Positions 59,647 to 64,000 of a DNA stretch of 64,000 nucleotides are shown in pieces (the first letter of the stretch is position 1; every line of letters begins with the position of its first letter). The stretch comes from a virus. The stretch spans positions 21,512-85,511 of the IMG/VR virus record IMGVR_UViG_3300007517_000005. One strand, written 5' to 3'. The position numbers and the translations under genes were made by a program. The notes under the pieces were generated by a model, which saw nothing but the letters and a program-made list of their open reading frames with translations, did no database searches and was not told the origin of the DNA.

Positions 59647-59997
59647 ATGACTACTCAAACCCTCGCAGAATCATTACTACCCTCAGATCCCATCAATGAA
59701 TTACAGACACACTACCTCGGCGTGCTGTGCGGTGATTGTGACCGCCACTTGTTCATACCCCTGTTCTTCAAAGAACTGAAAAGGTTGTTGGGTATAGACC
59801 TAATACCAGCTAGTGAAATATACAACGATAGTATAACATTCACAATAAATGGGTGGTACGTAATAATGTTACTACCAGATAAACACACCGAGCTCACTCA
59901 AGAAGTCATATGCCCACAATTCACAATGAAAGGTAAAGAGCGTACAATTACGCATGATAACGTATCTGAGTTAATAGACACGTTAAATAACGTGTAG
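59647..59997 (+). CDS. Hypothetical protein
   Basis: ORF. Confidence 0.5.
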   Translation: MTTQTLAESLLPSDPINELQTHYLGVLCGDCDRHLFIPLFFKELKRLLGIDLIPASEIYNDSITFTINGWYVIMLLPDKHTELTQEVICPQFTMKGKERTITHDNVSELIDTLNNV

Positions 59998-60218
59998 TTC
60001 TAGTAAGAGGCCCGGCTCTATAAATAGCAAGAAGTAGGCACACACCCATAAATACCTACTCCCTGCTATAAACTACATGTGTGCAATCTACTATGATTAC
60101 ATTAATCATAGTAAATTGCATAATCTCTAATCGTAAGCTGTGTATAACAACAGTTGACACTAAAGGCAGCCGCAGCCATGCGACACTATGCAGCCTCTGT
60201 CACCCATGCAGTGAAGGT

Positions 60219-60353
60219 CTAGCAACGCTGGGAGCGTAGCGACCTAGCAACGCTCAGAATGCTGTTGTCCTCTCTCCGAAAGTGCCGTGGGCCGCGACCC
60301 TTGGGGAGAGCACAGCGAGGAAGCATCCTGCGAGGAGTGAACGTAGCGATCTA
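60219..60353. mobile_element. Composite A + A[D[E-reverse[B]]]
   Basis: Same layers as 57128 but E lies in the opposite orientation inside D. Confidence 0.78.
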
Positions 60354-61113
60354 AAGCCCTTGTAAATGCAGATAGGTGATAATCAACTAAGTAAAGGTGA
60401 AAGATATGTCTATTACATACAGCTTGAATGTCAAAGGCCACTTGTGCATGCACAGTGAAGAGGGCCGGCCCTTTACACTATGTGGGGCACAGTACATCTA
60501 CACCCCTCCCTTGGGGAGGTGCTAGCGACCTCCTGTATCAAGCAAACTGAAACGTTAGCGGCCCTTAATGCCTCTGTGCAATATGGGTCGCCCTACAATA
60601 ACGTAGAAGGTAATGATGATGATGGATAATATACCCACACACACAACGCTCTAAAAACCTATAGTACCCATACACAACAAAATATGGTAGTATTATGGAG
60701 TTCAACTACAGAGGTTACAGAGGGCCGTATATGTGCGAAGAAGGGGTATACTTTGGGCAGGTGTTAAACACAGGCGCAGAGTTAATCTCGTTCCAAGGAG
60801 ATACAGTAGCTGGTGCATACTCTGCCTTCAAAGATGCAGTAAATAATTACCTAAACTAACAACAAGCAAATGACAACAAAACCAACAGATAAAGAAATTG
60901 ATGATAGACTAGCCCAGCTAGAAGATGCACTGAATAGGCATAAAGAGGCTCTAACAGTGTATGAAGAAGAGATCAAAGGACGCGAAACTGGTAAAACAAC
61001 CCCAGCATCTAACACCTCTGACACTTCTAAAGATTAAATGTAAGGCTGCATACTACCCGTTTGAATGTGTGTATGCAACCCTACTTTAGAGAATGTGAGC
61101 GACCCTTATACAA

Positions 61114-61186
61114 CGGCTCTTAGCAATCTGGTGAATGCACAAGCCTCATAAGCTTGCTGAGGTGGGTCCGATTCCCACAGGGCCGA
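61114..61186 (+). tRNA. tRNA with CAT anticodon (Met or Ile2)
   Basis: CGGCTCT/AGGGCCG acceptor, CAAGC-CTCATAA-GCTTG anticodon arm, GTGGG-TCCGATT-CCCAC T arm. Confidence 0.82.
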
Positions 61187-61273
61187 TTAGAAACCACAAC
61201 CATGTGACGCTGCCAACGGTTAAGGCATAGTACCGGATACTCAAAGACTAACAAACCCACACCCCTAAAAGCC

Positions 61274-61831
61274 ATGACTGACACAATGACAGATACCAAT
61301 CTCGTTACAGATGCTGACACCCTGTTAGATGAAACTGTAGAGTTAGAAGTCAGTGAGGAAACATACGCACCCGTAATGGATGCGTACCCAGATATAGTGC
61401 TCCCAGCATCAACCATAGATTCAATCCACTGTGATGAATCTCTGTCTGAGTTACAAGGACTGGTTGAATACTTGACATGTGAGTTACAGGCCGCGCAATC
61501 TAAACTACAAGACCAGGTAACACAAATGATGAATGACGCTAAAGCAGAAGCTATTGCCGCTAAACATGCGGCCAATGAAGAAGTCGTAATGCAAGCGCTG
61601 GTACAGCCAGATGTGATGCGAATCCTCGCAGAAGTCATCACACTCCTGCAAAGTGACAAGGCAGGGGCTCTGTTAGACGTTATCACATCCCTCCAAGAAG
61701 GGGATGTGGTATCTGCTCAACAGACAATGTTATCCTACGTAACGCCTGCCGCACCTATCGCAGAAGCAGCACCGTACGTTGAGTACACACAACCCGCACC
61801 TAAAACTTCATCATCCACCTGGTCACTGTAA
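61274..61831 (+). CDS. Acidic coiled-coil protein
   Basis: 185-aa ORF. Confidence 0.6.
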   Translation: MTDTMTDTNLVTDADTLLDETVELEVSEETYAPVMDAYPDIVLPASTIDSIHCDESLSELQGLVEYLTCELQAAQSKLQDQVTQMMNDAKAEAIAAKHAANEEVVMQALVQPDVMRILAEVITLLQSDKAGALLDVITSLQEGDVVSAQQTMLSYVTPAAPIAEAAPYVEYTQPAPKTSSSTWSL

Positions 61832-61947
61832 CGCTCACAACCCGTCTATATGGCGGGCACCCCCTACAATCATCCACCTGCATCAAAGATGCCGTGCACC
61901 TAATCACTGTAACCCTCACAGCCCGTCTATATGGCGGGCACCCCCTA
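61823..61947 (+). repeat. Two 44-bp direct repeats with an internal hairpin
   Basis: TCACTGTAACSCTCACARCCCGTCTATATGGCGGGCACCCCCTA at 61823 and 61904. Confidence 0.8.
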
Positions 61948-61949
61948 AC

Positions 61950-62810
61950 ATGTTATCCCTATTCAAACCACAGACAATGTCCGCATCCCAAATGTTAGAC
62001 AAACTAACTAAGTTACGTACCCAACGTGCCCAGTTAGTGATACAGTTATCTAACGTAGATAATGAAATTGCCCCCCTAGAGGCATCCCTCAATAAGTTCA
62101 TCAACCCCCAAGCAACACATACCCAACCAGTTGCCACCCCTATTAAAGTTACCACACAAGTTAACAACACCCCGTTGGTCGCTAAAAGAGACCTACAAAC
62201 ATGCACACAAACAAACAAGCCAATAACACAGCCAGTAACACAAGCACCACTCTCTACTATCGAAACTGTACCTAATAAACCAATGCCGCCTACGCAACTT
62301 GCAACTACTGCCGCCCCTAAACAAACAGCAACAAGTGCAAGTACAGTAGTACCCGGCATGGAAGCAATGGTAAGGTCACGAGCCCAGTATCACACAGAGG
62401 AACTACAGATCACGTCTGTGGTAAACTCAGGTGTGATTGAAATGTATAACCATTACTTAGGTAATGGAGTCGCACCTCTAGAAGGGTATACAGTTACTGA
62501 CCGTGTATCAGCCGCAAGTAAACCATACAAACTAATGGCAGTACCAGCACTGAAGATCACATGCACGTTAGTACAACCTTTACCCGAAGGTATGATAGAG
62601 AAGAAGAGAGTAATCAGTGAGTGGCTAGAAGCTAATGACTACCTCCGTAGTGAAGACCCTAACAAATTCATATTCGAGACAGAGTATGATAAATGGGGTC
62701 ACCGGTACTCGCCATACCTATCAATTGATAGCAAAGGCTGTACACTATACATACGTGTAGGAGCAGTGTCGTTAGATAGCCCACAACCCTGGCCCATACT
62801 AATTGCTTAA
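61950..62810 (+). CDS. Hypothetical protein with Pro/Thr/Gln-rich linker
   Basis: ATG at 61950 just after the repeats. Confidence 0.6.
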   Translation: MLSLFKPQTMSASQMLDKLTKLRTQRAQLVIQLSNVDNEIAPLEASLNKFINPQATHTQPVATPIKVTTQVNNTPLVAKRDLQTCTQTNKPITQPVTQAPLSTIETVPNKPMPPTQLATTAAPKQTATSASTVVPGMEAMVRSRAQYHTEELQITSVVNSGVIEMYNHYLGNGVAPLEGYTVTDRVSAASKPYKLMAVPALKITCTLVQPLPEGMIEKKRVISEWLEANDYLRSEDPNKFIFETEYDKWGHRYSPYLSIDSKGCTLYIRVGAVSLDSPQPWPILIA

Positions 62811-62891
62811 CGTACACTAAGACAACTGTGTAGTATAGCAACATAGCTGAATGTTACTGGTAATAGATGCCGCCATCTAACTACCACAATC

Positions 62892-63296
62892 ATGTCCCTG
62901 ACCATCGCCTCCAGCTTAGAAGATCTGAACAACACACCTTACACGTACGAGTTCAACAAACGTCTACATCTACTAAAGTACTTCCTGTATGAGGTACTAG
63001 GGCCGCAACATATGCTAGCAGTAAATCACATGAATAATGAGATACTACTAGCATCACAAGTGCCTGGAAGAGGTATGGGATCAGCTATTGCCTTAGTACT
63101 ATCACCTAAATATAGTACTAAGATAATACTGCATGACCATCCTAATGTAACGCAAAGACTTATCATGTACCTACTACGTGGTATCGGTGAAGAAGTACTG
63201 CGCCCAATAGACGTAGAAGCTGGCGAGTCCAAAGCACTAGAACTTATGAGAAGTGCACTAACCAGAGAATACTACCGCACTCCACAAGGGTCGTAG
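62892..63296 (+). CDS. Hypothetical protein
   Basis: ORF; its stop is supplied by a partial family B element. Confidence 0.55.
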   Translation: MSLTIASSLEDLNNTPYTYEFNKRLHLLKYFLYEVLGPQHMLAVNHMNNEILLASQVPGRGMGSAIALVLSPKYSTKIILHDHPNVTQRLIMYLLRGIGEEVLRPIDVEAGESKALELMRSALTREYYRTPQGS

Positions 63297-63356
63297 CCAT
63301 ACAACACCCACACAAACTAAACACTACTGGGGCTCCCATGCCCCTCCGTAAATACA

Positions 63357-64000
63357 ATGACACACCCACAACAGTTACAATTACAAACAGAGATCTGCTA
63401 CATAGCAGACGACTTCCTCAAACACATGTCCGTGCTTGAGATGACATTAGAAGTGACCACCGCCTCTATACTTGAAGCAACCAAATGCTTACCAAGTAAG
63501 GAGCGTAAAGCAGTGCAACACGTCATAGAGCGTGTTTCACCAATAGGTCTAAAGAACCTACTAGAAGCAGTGCGAATGACTGCCTCGCGCACTAACCACT
63601 TACGCACACAAGTATATGCAGATGCCGCTAAAGCGCTTGTAGATACTATCTACACACAGAAAGGTGTAGCCGGGCCAACTAGTGAGCGCACGTTCACGAG
63701 CGCTGCAGATGGTGCTGCAGCAGCTATAAAAGAAGTAGCAACTGCAACAATCGCTGCACCTAAACCTGTAGTAACCCCTACCAAAAAGTCTAAGCCACAA
63801 GTCAATGCTGCTGAACGTAAAGCAGCTATGGAAGTCTACAAACAATGGGCTCTCAAATGCCCATTAGTAAGGTGCCTAGGTAATCCAACCGAACCACCTT
63901 CAGATGCCCACCTCTGGGTGATGACATGCGGATACCTAATGTCATCAAAACAAGAAGCACAAGCTACCCTAACTTTAGGGTTAAATGCACTACGGTGGCA
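63357..64000 (+). CDS. Hypothetical protein running off the window end
   Basis: MTHPQQLQLQTEICY... open to the end. Confidence 0.6.
   Translation, partial: MTHPQQLQLQTEICYIADDFLKHMSVLEMTLEVTTASILEATKCLPSKERKAVQHVIERVSPIGLKNLLEAVRMTASRTNHLRTQVYADAAKALVDTIYTQKGVAGPTSERTFTSAADGAAAAIKEVATATIAAPKPVVTPTKKSKPQVNAAERKAAMEVYKQWALKCPLVRCLGNPTEPPSDAHLWVMTCGYLMSSKQEAQATLTLGLNALRW

Noticed and set aside
1-64000. Assignment to a named phage or host species
   Set aside because: Cannot be supported without a database search; a cyanobacterial host is only an inference

Overview
A 64 kb segment of a large tailed dsDNA phage; the host is probably a cyanobacterium, inferred only from the style of its IS remnants. 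The left part (minus strand) is structural: major capsid protein, Mu gpI-like protease/scaffold, DUF935-like portal, a tail-assembly chaperone with a -1 frameshift, a PAAR spike protein and a 3897-aa protein. The middle holds small accessory genes, IS remnants (orphan IscB omegaRNA, an 89-bp derivative, IS607/TnpB) and tRNA-Asn. The right part (plus strand) is an apparent early operon (GGDEF protein, acidic protein, kinase, 3253-aa protein) followed by small genes and tRNA-CAT. Main discoveries: (1) both giant proteins carry two-barrel RNA polymerase catalytic motifs (R-x-x-P or R-x-P followed by DxDGD, plus a beta-like K/NP region). One is fused to tandem PLD-nuclease domains and hydrophobic C-terminal helices, the other to an HExxH zincin motif. 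(2) At least five families of 24-29 bp hairpin elements occur at more than 30 loci. They insert with short target duplications, nest inside each other up to six levels deep, and keep frame in intact genes while breaking others. (3) A conserved G-U-tolerant hairpin punctuates the early operon, and a 69-bp structured repeat array follows the second polymerase gene. All calls come from motif recognition by eye; no database searches were run.
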